32,000 nt of DNA, taken from assembly GCF_000008565.1 (NCBI RefSeq), contig NC_001263.1:40906-72905 (forward strand), given 5' to 3'. This document shows positions 18,338 to 25,877 of the stretch, piece after piece. This DNA is from Deinococcus radiodurans R1 = ATCC 13939 = DSM 20539 (GTDB taxonomy: Bacteria > Deinococcota > Deinococci > Deinococcales > Deinococcaceae). A program made the translations under genes and the position numbers. The notes under the pieces were generated by a model that made no database searches, was not told the DNA's origin, and saw nothing but the letters and a program-made list of their open reading frames with translations. The stretch's first letter is position 1, and the number at the start of each line of letters is the position of its first letter.

Positions 18338-19528
18338 TTAGTTCGCGCCCACCCCGCGCTCGGCCTCGGGGTTGGCGGCGAGGCGGCCCAGCGCTGCGTC
18401 CACGTCGGGGTAGGACAGAATCTCGAAGCGGCTGTTGCGAATGGCGGGAGTAAAGCCCGCGTCCACCGCGATGCGAATCAGTTCGCGCACGGTCGCCGCG
18501 TGCCGGTCGTGGCCCGCCGCCGCCGAAACCACGTTTTCTTCGAGCATGGTCGAGCCGAGGTCGTTGGCGCCGTAGTACAGCGCGGCCTGCCCGACTTTGA
18601 ACCCCTGCGCGGGCCACGACGCCTGCAAGTTGGGCAGGTTGTCGAGCGCGATGCGGGCGACGGCGAGCTGCTGCAAATACTCGTGCGCGGTGGCGCCGGG
18701 GGCCTTGCCGTGCAGGCGGGTGTGCTCGGTTTGCAGCGTCCACAGCGCGAAGCCGAAAAAGCCGTTGCCGCCGTACTCGCGCTGCGCTTTGTCCTGCTGG
18801 GCGCGAATCTTGAGCAGGTGGCTCACGCGCTGGGCGTAGGTTTCACCGAAGCCGATGACCATCGTTGCAATGGTGTAGAGCCCCTTGCGCTGCGCCGCGT
18901 CGATGATGCGGAACCAGTCGCCCGAGCGGATGCGGGCGGGCGCGGCCTTTTGCCGCACGTCGTCTTCCAGAATCTCGCCGCCCGCGCCGGGCAGCCCGTC
19001 GAGCCCCGCGTCCATCAGGGTGTCGAGCAGGTCGTCGAGGCTCAGCCCGAACGACTTTTCCATGAACAGCACTTCTTCGGGCGAAAACGCGTCGATCTGA
19101 ATGGTCGGGTGATGCGCTTTGACGTGCCGCAGCATCCCGGTGTAGTAGTCGAGCCCGAGTTCGGGGTTCACGCCGCCTTGCAGCAGGATGCGGGTGCCCC
19201 CCACCGCTTCGAGTTCCCGAATCTTGGCCGAAATCTGCTCGTAATCCAGCGTGTAGCTGTCGCTCTGGCGCCGGGTGCGGTAAAAGGCGCAGAAGTTGCA
19301 GCCCACGTTGCAGATATTGGTGTAGTTGATGTTGCGGTCAATCAGGAAGCTGACCACGTCCGGGTCGCGCCGCTGCATCCGCAGGTCGTGGGCGACGGCA
19401 GCCACCGCCGGGAGCGGCAGGTGATACAGGCTCTCGAGTTCGTCGGCGCCGAGGCGCTCGCCCTGCGCTGCCCGGTCCAGCGCCAGTTGACCGAGTTCGG
19501 GGGAAAGGGGCGGAAAGGCAGCCGTCAT
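18338..19528 (-). CDS. Radical SAM enzyme of the futalosine menaquinone pathway (MqnC/MqnE family, MqnC-like)
   Basis: 396 aa. DRNINYTNICNVGCNFCAFYR carries the CxxxCxxC cluster. Also ILLQGGVNP, GLPGAGGEIL, the ATMVIGFGET block, and C-terminal GANDLGSTMLEENV. I cannot separate MqnC from MqnE without a profile search. Confidence 0.75.
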   Translation of the reverse strand: MTAAFPPLSPELGQLALDRAAQGERLGADELESLYHLPLPAVAAVAHDLRMQRRDPDVVSFLIDRNINYTNICNVGCNFCAFYRTRRQSDSYTLDYEQISAKIRELEAVGGTRILLQGGVNPELGLDYYTGMLRHVKAHHPTIQIDAFSPEEVLFMEKSFGLSLDDLLDTLMDAGLDGLPGAGGEILEDDVRQKAAPARIRSGDWFRIIDAAQRKGLYTIATMVIGFGETYAQRVSHLLKIRAQQDKAQREYGGNGFFGFALWTLQTEHTRLHGKAPGATAHEYLQQLAVARIALDNLPNLQASWPAQGFKVGQAALYYGANDLGSTMLEENVVSAAAGHDRHAATVRELIRIAVDAGFTPAIRNSRFEILSYPDVDAALGRLAANPEAERGVGAN

Positions 19529-19534
19529 GCGGCG

Positions 19535-19540
19535 AGGGTA
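19535..19540 (-). promoter_or_regulatory. -10 box (TACCCT on the minus strand) placed for a leaderless transcript
   Basis: TACCCT lies 6 nt upstream of the ATG at 19528. Confidence 0.4.
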
Positions 19541-19650
19541 GCACCGGGGGCCAGCGGCATTTGTGGAGTGTCGGTCAAAGGCGCGGGCCAGTCCGGCGGG
19601 TCCCGGCAGGCAAACCCGTCTCAGTTCCCCTTTGCTCGCGTGGGCCGCCC

Positions 19651-19656
19651 TACACT
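19651..19656 (+). promoter_or_regulatory. -10 box (TACACT) placed for a leaderless transcript
   Basis: TACACT lies 6 nt upstream of the ATG at 19663. Confidence 0.45.
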
Positions 19657-19662
19657 GTCCTG

Positions 19663-22281
19663 ATGCTGCCCGCCCGCTCCCCCTACGCCCGCCTGGAACT
19701 GTTTTTGCGGGACATCCTGGGGGCGGGGGCCACGCTGCTGCACGAGGAAGAAGTGCGCGAGGCGCAGACGGTGAGTGCGGCGAGCCTCGGCTGGTCGCAG
19801 GCCGTGCAGCGCGGCTTCGGCTTTTCCGAAGTCTACGCCCACCAGGCCGACACCTACCGGCTGATGCACGCGGGCAAAAACGTCATCATCACCACGCCGA
19901 CGGCGAGCGGCAAGACGGGCGCCTTTTTCCCCGCAGTGTTCGAGCGGCTGGAGCAAAAGCCCGAGGCCACCGCCCTGTTCGTCTATCCCCTCGTGGCGCT
20001 CGGGCAGGACCAGCGCGACAAACTGCGGGCCTTCCGGGAAAAGGGTGGCTTCGGCTGGGACATCGCCGCCTTTCATGGCTCGGCGCAACCGGGCGACGTA
20101 TTTACCGGCAACGTGCGGATGGTGACCGCCACGCCCGACAAGCTCCACTGGGCGCTCGACAAGCCCGCCGTACGCGACTTTCTGCGGCGGCTGGAATTTA
20201 TCGTGCTCGACGAGGCGCACACCTACCGGGGCGGCTTCGGCTCGGAGGTGGCGGGGATGCTGCGGCGCCTCCTTGACCTCGCGCGCGCACTAGGGGCGAA
20301 CCCGCAGGTCGTGCTGTCCACCGCCACCATCGGCAACCCCGCCGAATTTGCCCGCGAACTCGTGGGGGTGGAGGCCGAGCAGGTCGGCGAGTCGGGCGCG
20401 GCGCGGCACGGCAAGCGCTATTACCTCGCCGACCACCGGGGGCAGCCCCGCCGCTTCTGGGACAGCGTGGTGAGCGCCAGCATTCATCACGACCTCAAGG
20501 TGCTCGCCTTTTTCCGGGGCCGCTCACGGGCGGCGCGGCTGTACTCCACCTACCGCTCGCAGTCGCGCTACGCCCCGCACGTTCACCTCTATATGGCCGG
20601 CACGAGTGACCGCGAGGGGCGCCTCAGCGAGTTTCGCCGAACGAAAAGTGGTGTGATGTTCGCCACCAACGCGCTCGAAGCCGGGGTGGACATCGGCGAC
20701 CTCGAGGTGGTCATCATCGACGGCTACCCCGGCTCGCGCATGGCCTTCCGGCAGATGGCGGGGCGGGCGGGCCGCGTGGCGCCGGGGCTGGTGCTCTACC
20801 TCCCGGCGCTGAACGAACAGGGCGTGCCGCAGCCGGTAGACGCCTTTTATTCCAACCTCGGCAACTTCCGCGAACTGCTCACCGGGCCGCTGGAAAAGGC
20901 GGTGGTGGAGGCGGGCAACCCCTACCTGTCCCCCCGCCATCAAGCGCGGCGCAACGCCGAATTCCGTGCGGCGGGATTGCCCGCGCTGCCGCGGCCGGGG
21001 CCGAGCTACTGGAACCTGCGCGGCGAGGGGAGCGCGACCTTCGCCGTCATTGAGGAAAAAGACTGGCAGGAGCGCGGGCTGCGGGCCTTCGACGCGCCGC
21101 TCGAATCGCCGAGCCAGCACTACGCCCTGACCGAGAAGCACGAGGGTGCGGTGTTCACGCTTGACGGTCAGGGCTACAAGGTGCTGCGCTGGGAGGACAC
21201 AGCGCGCGGGACGGCCATCATCGTGGAGAAGCATCTGGCGGCGGACCTTTTCACGCGGGGGCTGTATTCCACCCAGGTCCGCCCGGTGAAAATGGGCGAG
21301 TGGGTGCGGCGCGGGCCGCTCGCCTACCGGCACGGCGAAGTCGTGGTGCAGCGCATCTATACCGGCTACACGGTGATGCGGCAGGTCTTCGAGCGCGTCT
21401 GCACCGGCTGCGACCGCGACCCGGCCCCCTTAGAGCGGGTGTGCGCGAACTGCGGCGGGCGCATTCAGGACCGGATGCAGGACCAGAAACTCGCTGAGCA
21501 GCTCTACGACGACCCCATCGAGCTGCCGCCCTTTCGCACCTCGGCGCTGGAAGTCGGCATTGACCCGGCCCGCACCGAGCGGCCCACCGCCGTGGCGCAC
21601 ACGCTCAAGCACCTGCTGATGAAACTCATCCCCGAGCGGGTGGCCTGCGACGAGGGCGACCTCGCCGGGGCCTTTCGCGAGGGCCACGACGCTTATTTCT
21701 TCCTTTACGACGACTGGCGCGGCGGGCTGGGCGTCTCGCGCCGCGCCTTTGAGCAGATGGACGACCTGCTGCGGCGGGCGCACGTGCTGGCGACCAAAAC
21801 GTGCTGCACGTCTCCGCACGGCTGCTTTGAGTGCATCGCGGTCAGCCGCTGTTTTTCACCCCTGCTCCCGAGCGGCGAGCGGCGCCCCACCGACAAGCAG
21901 GCGACGGCGCTGTTCTTGCAGGAGCTGCTCGGCCTGCAACCCGCCCCCGCCGAGGCCGAGGTCATCCCCGACGTGGCGCCCGCCCTGCCCGGCGACTGGC
22001 CGCAGCAAGCGCGCGAACTGCTGGACCTGCACGGCCTTTCACTTCCCGAGGTCAGCGCCCGCCTCGGCATTCCCAGCCGCGAGTTGCAGCGGGCGGTCAA
22101 CACAACGGCGCCCCTGCGCCTCGCCCACGCCAAATTCGGCGAAGGCATCCTGACCCAGGGCTCGGGCAGCGGCGACGCCCGCGAGGTGCTGGTGTACTTT
22201 CCGGGCCACGGCTACAAGCGCCTGCTCGTCAAATACGCCGGGCTGAGCGTGGTGCAGGGGCAGGCGGCGGGACGACGGTAG
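19663..22281 (+). CDS. DEAH-box superfamily-2 helicase with DUF1998/MZB domain (MrfA/YprA-like), plus a C-terminal HTH-like segment and a UvrD/PcrA-type Tudor-like domain
   Basis: 872 aa from the ATG at 19663. Helicase motifs TPTASGKT (I), DEAH (II), STAT (III), QMAGRAGR (VI). Zinc ribbon CTGC-x12-CANC. DUF1998-type Cys cluster CCTSPHGCFECIAVSRC. The C-terminal LAHAKFGEGILTQGSGSGDAREVLVYFPGHGYKRLLVKYAGLSVV closely resembles the E. coli UvrD C-terminus (RHAKFGEGTIV...LQVAFQGQGIKWLVAAYARLESV, from memory). Confidence 0.8.
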   Translation: MLPARSPYARLELFLRDILGAGATLLHEEEVREAQTVSAASLGWSQAVQRGFGFSEVYAHQADTYRLMHAGKNVIITTPTASGKTGAFFPAVFERLEQKPEATALFVYPLVALGQDQRDKLRAFREKGGFGWDIAAFHGSAQPGDVFTGNVRMVTATPDKLHWALDKPAVRDFLRRLEFIVLDEAHTYRGGFGSEVAGMLRRLLDLARALGANPQVVLSTATIGNPAEFARELVGVEAEQVGESGAARHGKRYYLADHRGQPRRFWDSVVSASIHHDLKVLAFFRGRSRAARLYSTYRSQSRYAPHVHLYMAGTSDREGRLSEFRRTKSGVMFATNALEAGVDIGDLEVVIIDGYPGSRMAFRQMAGRAGRVAPGLVLYLPALNEQGVPQPVDAFYSNLGNFRELLTGPLEKAVVEAGNPYLSPRHQARRNAEFRAAGLPALPRPGPSYWNLRGEGSATFAVIEEKDWQERGLRAFDAPLESPSQHYALTEKHEGAVFTLDGQGYKVLRWEDTARGTAIIVEKHLAADLFTRGLYSTQVRPVKMGEWVRRGPLAYRHGEVVVQRIYTGYTVMRQVFERVCTGCDRDPAPLERVCANCGGRIQDRMQDQKLAEQLYDDPIELPPFRTSALEVGIDPARTERPTAVAHTLKHLLMKLIPERVACDEGDLAGAFREGHDAYFFLYDDWRGGLGVSRRAFEQMDDLLRRAHVLATKTCCTSPHGCFECIAVSRCFSPLLPSGERRPTDKQATALFLQELLGLQPAPAEAEVIPDVAPALPGDWPQQARELLDLHGLSLPEVSARLGIPSRELQRAVNTTAPLRLAHAKFGEGILTQGSGSGDAREVLVYFPGHGYKRLLVKYAGLSVVQGQAAGRR

Positions 22282-22290
22282 AAATCTTGC

Positions 22291-22313
22291 GAGCATCCTT
22301 TATAAGGACGCTC
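22291..22313 (+). terminator. Hairpin 10 nt after the helicase stop (putative terminator without a U-tract)
   Basis: GAGCATCCTT-tat-AAGGACGCTC. The stem is 10 bp with one mismatch. Confidence 0.4.
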
Positions 22314-22321
22314 CGTGGACG

Positions 22322-22439
22322 CCCCCTCACCCTTCCGCCGCGTTGCGGCTCCCTCCCTCTCCCGCCAGGGGCGAGGGACAACAGCGCAGTTTGACCCTCT
22401 ACCAGGGGGAGAGGGCCTGCCGAAGGCAGGGGTGAGGGG
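22322..22439. repeat. Small noncoding repeat, copy B: two cores head-to-head, without the terminal inverted repeats
   Basis: The forward core at 22390-22439 (TTTGACCCTCTACCAGGGGGAGAGGGCCTGCCGAAGGCAGGGGTGAGGGG) matches copies A and C. A degenerate core in inverse orientation lies at 22322-22384 (CCCCCTCACCC...CCCTCTCCC...). Confidence 0.7.
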
Positions 22440-22450
22440 TCATAACTCCC

Positions 22451-23242
22451 CTAAAACAGCTCGTCCAGCAACTGGTAATACGCCAGCTTCCCCTCATCCA
22501 CCAGCTCGCGCCCGTAGAGGTCGAGCAGCATCCCCGCGTAGGTGGCCCCCAGATTGCGGCGGGTGCTGCGCCACGCCAGCGCGAGGTCCATGTGCCGGTC
22601 CGCGATGCCCGCGCGGCCCAGGTCAATCAGGCCCTCCACGTACTCGCCCTGCACGATGACATTGGGCAAGCAGGCGTCACCGTGCGTCACCACCAGGTCT
22701 TCCTCCGCCGGGCGGGTGCGGGCGAGCTGGTTGAAGACCTGCACGGCGCTCTGGCCCTGCCGCTCCTCGTCGAAGTCGCTCTCGTCCACCACGCCCGCCG
22801 CCACCCGCTCACGGGCGAGCTTGAGGCGCACGCCGAGACTCATGTTGAAGGGGCAGTCGCGCACCGGCAGGGCGTGCAGTTCGCGCAGGGCGCGGGCGAG
22901 CAGGTTCACCATCCGCTCGGGGTGCAGCGCGGCGTCGGGGTGGCTCATGGCAATGCCCGGCAGCCGCGTCATGGCGAGGTATTCCTGCTCGCCGTCGTCT
23001 TCGTAAGCGACCACCTGCGGCACCGGCAGCCGCCCGGCGAACCAGCGCAGCCGCTCACGCTCTTGCAGCAGGGTGGACGCGGGGTAGAGCGTGCGCGACT
23101 GCACCTTGACCACGAAGCGGGTGCTGCGCCACACCCCGGCCCCGCTTTCGCCCTCCGTGACCCGTTCCCAGCGGGCGGCGGGCAGGACGCGGCGCAGGGC
23201 GGGAGGTAGGGTCAGGGCGGGCAAAGAGGCGTCGGACATCAC
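22451..23242 (-). CDS. Aminoglycoside 3'-phosphotransferase family protein (APH(3')-like kinase)
   Basis: 263 aa. [18 protein letters not shown], the catalytic/Brenner-type [14 protein letters not shown], and [18 protein letters not shown]. The start is GTG 23242 or ATG 23239. Confidence 0.82.
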   Translation of the reverse strand: MMSDASLPALTLPPALRRVLPAARWERVTEGESGAGVWRSTRFVVKVQSRTLYPASTLLQERERLRWFAGRLPVPQVVAYEDDGEQEYLAMTRLPGIAMSHPDAALHPERMVNLLARALRELHALPVRDCPFNMSLGVRLKLARERVAAGVVDESDFDEERQGQSAVQVFNQLARTRPAEEDLVVTHGDACLPNVIVQGEYVEGLIDLGRAGIADRHMDLALAWRSTRRNLGATYAGMLLDLYGRELVDEGKLAYYQLLDELF

Positions 23243-23247
23243 GCGGC

Positions 23248-23253
23248 AGGATA
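23248..23253 (-). promoter_or_regulatory. -10 box (TATCCT on the minus strand) for the APH gene
   Basis: TATCCT lies 5 nt upstream of the GTG at 23242 (8 nt from the ATG at 23239). Confidence 0.35.
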
Positions 23254-23265
23254 AAGCAGGGGCGG

Positions 23266-23271
23266 TACACT
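23266..23271 (+). promoter_or_regulatory. -10 box (TACACT) placed for a leaderless transcript
   Basis: TACACT lies 7 nt upstream of the ATG at 23279. It is back-to-back with the APH -10 box inside a 36-bp divergent intergenic region. Confidence 0.45.
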
Positions 23272-23278
23272 ACCCAGA

Positions 23279-24208
23279 ATGAAGGTTGGACTCCTGAACT
23301 CCCCCGCCGCGCCGCTCACGCCCTACTGGGCGGCGTACCTCAAGGAACTGGGCGTGCCGACCCAGACCCCGGCGCTGGGTGACGCCGAGGCGCTGGCGCT
23401 GGGGGCGCAGAGCCTGCCCGGCGAGTCGCCGGTGGTGCAACTCGCGCTGGGGCGGATTCTGGCGCTCGACCGGGTGGACGCCGCCCTGCTCCCCGAGTGG
23501 CCGGCGGTGGCGGGCGACGCCTGGGGCGAAGCGCTGAGCGAACTGCTGCCCCGCCGCATCAGCGGGCTGCCCATCCTGCTCCCGGTGCCCGAACGGACCG
23601 GCGAACTCGACGCGCTCGAAGCCCAGGCGGCGGCGCTCGGCCTGCGCCTCTCGCAGAATCCCGGCGGCGTGCGCCTCGCGCTGGAGCGGGTGCGCCTGCT
23701 CGCCCAACCCGCCCGCACCGACCTGCCGGCTCTGTCGCGGGCGTCGCGCACCACCGTCGCCGTCATCGGCCCGCGCCCACTGCTGCAAGAGCCAGTGCTG
23801 GCGGCGGGCCTGCGCCCGGCCCTCGAAGCGCTGGACTTCTACCCGGTGTTCAGCTACGAAGTGCCCCATGCCGACGCCCTGCGCCGCGCCGAGCGCATGG
23901 AGCAGGCACACAAAGTTCCCGCTGGCGAACGCGAACTGTTCGGCGCCGCCTCGCTGCTCGCCGGCAAGGGCGCGGTCACGGGGCTGGTCTTCGTGGCCCC
24001 GGCCCGCGACGGCGCGACCCAGGCGGCGCTCCAGCGCATCGCCGACAAACTGCACAAGCCCGCGCTGCACCTCACCCTCGACACGCCCGGCGCGGACGGG
24101 CCGCAGGCCGCCTGGCCCGAACTCGACGCTTTCGCCGAGCGTCTGGCCTCCGGGGGCCGCGTTCGCCCAGCGAACAGCCCGGCCAGTGATGGGGAGAGCG
24201 GCGCATGA
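23279..24208 (+). CDS. Hypothetical protein, possibly a degenerate DUF2229 / acyl-CoA dehydratase activase-related domain
   Basis: 309 aa with good GC3. The N-terminal MKVGLLNSP...[11 protein letters not shown] and the second-half [10 protein letters not shown]...FVAPARDG...LHLTLD follow the spacing I remember for DUF2229. The assignment is weak and needs a profile search. Confidence 0.4.
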   Translation: MKVGLLNSPAAPLTPYWAAYLKELGVPTQTPALGDAEALALGAQSLPGESPVVQLALGRILALDRVDAALLPEWPAVAGDAWGEALSELLPRRISGLPILLPVPERTGELDALEAQAAALGLRLSQNPGGVRLALERVRLLAQPARTDLPALSRASRTTVAVIGPRPLLQEPVLAAGLRPALEALDFYPVFSYEVPHADALRRAERMEQAHKVPAGERELFGAASLLAGKGAVTGLVFVAPARDGATQAALQRIADKLHKPALHLTLDTPGADGPQAAWPELDAFAERLASGGRVRPANSPASDGESGA

Positions 24209-24579
24209 ATTTCTGGCGCTGGCTGACCACGCCGGACCCCCATCCCGGCTTCACCCGCCCCAAGCTGCTCAAGCTGGCGGTGCGGCTGTTTTTGTTCGTG
24301 CTGCTGGCGACCGTTCTGAGCAGCCTGCTCAACCTCACGCCGCTGCGGCCTTACCTCAACACCTTCTGGGGCAGCCTGCTTTTCGTGCTGCTGCTCTACA
24401 TCCCGGCGGCGCGGTTTCTCAACATAGATACCTTCATGCCCCGGCGCTTTCAGACGCCTCCCCCCCAGCCCGGCGCCAGAGCGGGGCAACCCGCAACCAA
24501 CACGCTGGACAAGCGGCGCGAGAAAAACCGTTATGCGGGCGTTCGCAAGTCGCCGCCGCGCATGGGCGGGCGCCGCTAA
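24205..24579 (+). CDS. Small membrane protein (2 predicted TM helices, basic C-terminal tail)
   Basis: 124 aa. Start and stop overlap as ATGA at 24205-24208. TM segments [22 protein letters not shown] and [16 protein letters not shown]. Confidence 0.55.
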   Translation: MNFWRWLTTPDPHPGFTRPKLLKLAVRLFLFVLLATVLSSLLNLTPLRPYLNTFWGSLLFVLLLYIPAARFLNIDTFMPRRFQTPPPQPGARAGQPATNTLDKRREKNRYAGVRKSPPRMGGRR

Positions 24580-24680
24580 GACCACCTGCCCCGAGCGCCC
24601 GCAACATCTGGGCTAGGGGAAAACCTGAAGGTTCGGCCAGGGTCATAACCCTGTGAGAACAGCTTTGCTCTCGTGCGCGC

Positions 24681-25043
24681 ATGAAATGGCACGGCGCCTC
24701 GCAGCGTAAAGGCACCTTCCGCCGTGTTGAGCCCGACGGCAAGGACGTCAAGCCCGTCACGACCTATACGCACACCTTCGTCCTCATCGAAGATGGCCGC
24801 GCCGACGAGCAAAAGCAGCCCTTCTACACGGCGGAGGCGGGCACCCCGGAGGAAGCCGAAGCCCGCGCCTACGCCGCCTACTGCCGCGCAAGCGATTGCC
24901 TGCACCAGATGACCAGCAAAGGCCCCACGCTTATCGAGTGCGTGCACTGCGGCTTGCAGCGCCGGGTGACCATGCCCAGCCTCCCTGCTCCAGCGCCCGC
25001 CCGCAAACCCGAGCGGCGGCTGTTCGGGCTCTTGCGAATCTGA
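24681..25043 (+). CDS. Hypothetical protein with a C-x5-C...C-x2-C motif
   Basis: 120 aa with good GC3. Contains YCRASDC and ECVHCG. No family recognised. Confidence 0.5.
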   Translation: MKWHGASQRKGTFRRVEPDGKDVKPVTTYTHTFVLIEDGRADEQKQPFYTAEAGTPEEAEARAYAAYCRASDCLHQMTSKGPTLIECVHCGLQRRVTMPSLPAPAPARKPERRLFGLLRI

Positions 25044-25103
25044 AGGTCTTGGTGCCCGGCCTCTGCTGGGAGGCGGGACACTGGCACCGGCTTCCCCGAT
25101 GTG

Positions 25104-25120
25104 TTATGTTATTTACGTAA
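25104..25120 (+). promoter_or_regulatory. RDRM (radiation/desiccation response motif; DdrO operator) of ddrB
   Basis: TTATGTTATTTACGTAA is a 17-bp palindromic-type site fitting the RDRM consensus (TTATGT-N5-ACGTAA). It sits immediately upstream of the GGAGGAGG SD and the ATG at 25132. Confidence 0.9.
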
Positions 25121-25131
25121 GGAGGAGGCAG

Positions 25132-25698
25132 ATGTTGCAGATTGAATTTATCACCGACCTGGGTGCGCGGGTCACGGTGAACGTGGAGCATGAAAGCCGG
25201 TTGCTGGACGTACAGCGCCACTATGGCCGCCTGGGCTGGACCAGCGGCGAGATTCCGTCCGGGGGCTACCAGTTTCCCATCGAGAACGAGGCCGACTTCG
25301 ACTGGTCGCTGATCGGCGCCCGCAAGTGGAAGAGCCCCGAGGGCGAAGAACTCGTCATTCACCGGGGCCACGCCTACCGCCGCCGCGAACTCGAAGCCGT
25401 GGACAGCCGCAAGCTCAAGCTGCCTGCCGCCATCAAGTACAGCCGCGGCGCCAAGGTCAGCGACCCGCAGCACGTGCGCGAAAAGGCCGATGGCGACATC
25501 GAATACGTCAGCCTCGCCATCTTCCGCGGTGGCAAGCGGCAGGAGCGCTACGCGGTGCCCGGCGGCGCGGCGGGGAACGGTCAGGGTCGCCCGGCGCCCC
25601 AGGGACAGCCCGCCCAGGCCCGTCCCCAGGCCACTGCCGCTCGCCCCGCCGCTCGGCCCCCGGTGCAGCCCGGTCAGGAAGAAGAAACGCCGTTCTGA
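25132..25698 (+). CDS. ddrB: DdrB, the Deinococcus-specific single-stranded DNA-binding / annealing protein
   Basis: MLQIEFITDLGARVTVNVEHESRLLDVQRHYGRLGWTSGEIPSGGYQFPIENEADFDW... matches my memory of D. radiodurans DdrB. It has a low-complexity Pro/Gln/Ala tail ending in an acidic tip (EEETPF). The 25099 start in the track is rejected because SD spacing fits 25132. Confidence 0.93.
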   Translation: MLQIEFITDLGARVTVNVEHESRLLDVQRHYGRLGWTSGEIPSGGYQFPIENEADFDWSLIGARKWKSPEGEELVIHRGHAYRRRELEAVDSRKLKLPAAIKYSRGAKVSDPQHVREKADGDIEYVSLAIFRGGKRQERYAVPGGAAGNGQGRPAPQGQPAQARPQATAARPAARPPVQPGQEEETPF

Positions 25699-25719
25699 GC
25701 GGCGAAACGTGACGCAAAA

Positions 25720-25757
25720 AGCAGGCCGCCCCGGTGAAGGAAGGCGGCCTGCTTTCG
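25720..25757 (+). terminator. Intrinsic terminator of ddrB
   Basis: AGCAGGCCGCC-ccggtgaaggaa-GGCGGCCTGCT (11-bp perfect stem) followed by TTCGTGTT. Confidence 0.7.
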
Positions 25758-25771
25758 TGTTGCGTATTTCT

Positions 25772-25877
25772 TAGAGCATTTGCCGTAAAAAAGACCCCTC
25801 ACCCCTAGCTTCGCTAGGCCCTCTCCCCTCGGTAGAGGGTCAACAGAGGCAAGTTATTTTTCTGGCAAATGCTCTAG
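25772..25877 (-). repeat. MITE-like small noncoding repeat, copy C (inverse orientation relative to copy A)
   Basis: Terminal inverted repeats TAGAGCATTTGCC ... GGCAAATGCTCTA. The core is the reverse complement of copy A's core, with compensatory stem changes. Confidence 0.85.

Noticed and set aside
22315-22659. 114-aa plus-strand ORF (MDAPSPFRRVAAPSLSRQGRGTTAQFDPLPGGEGLPKAGVRG...)
   Set aside because: Its first half translates the small-repeat cores. Its second half is antisense to the APH gene.
22451-23242. The APH(3')-like gene as evidence of a horizontally acquired resistance island
   Set aside because: Its GC content and codon bias match the neighbouring genes. No integrase, transposase or flanking direct repeats are present apart from the common small repeat. 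It is more likely a native kinase-fold paralogue.
24638-24653. Short hairpin CAGGGT-cata-ACCCTG upstream of the Cys4 protein gene
   Set aside because: The stem is only 6 bp with no flanking signal, which is within chance expectation for this composition.
25099-25131. Upstream start for ddrB (MCYVIYVRRRQ-)
   Set aside because: These codons lie inside the RDRM operator and the SD. GGAGGAGG is correctly spaced for the ATG at 25132, which gives the known DdrB N-terminus MLQIEF.
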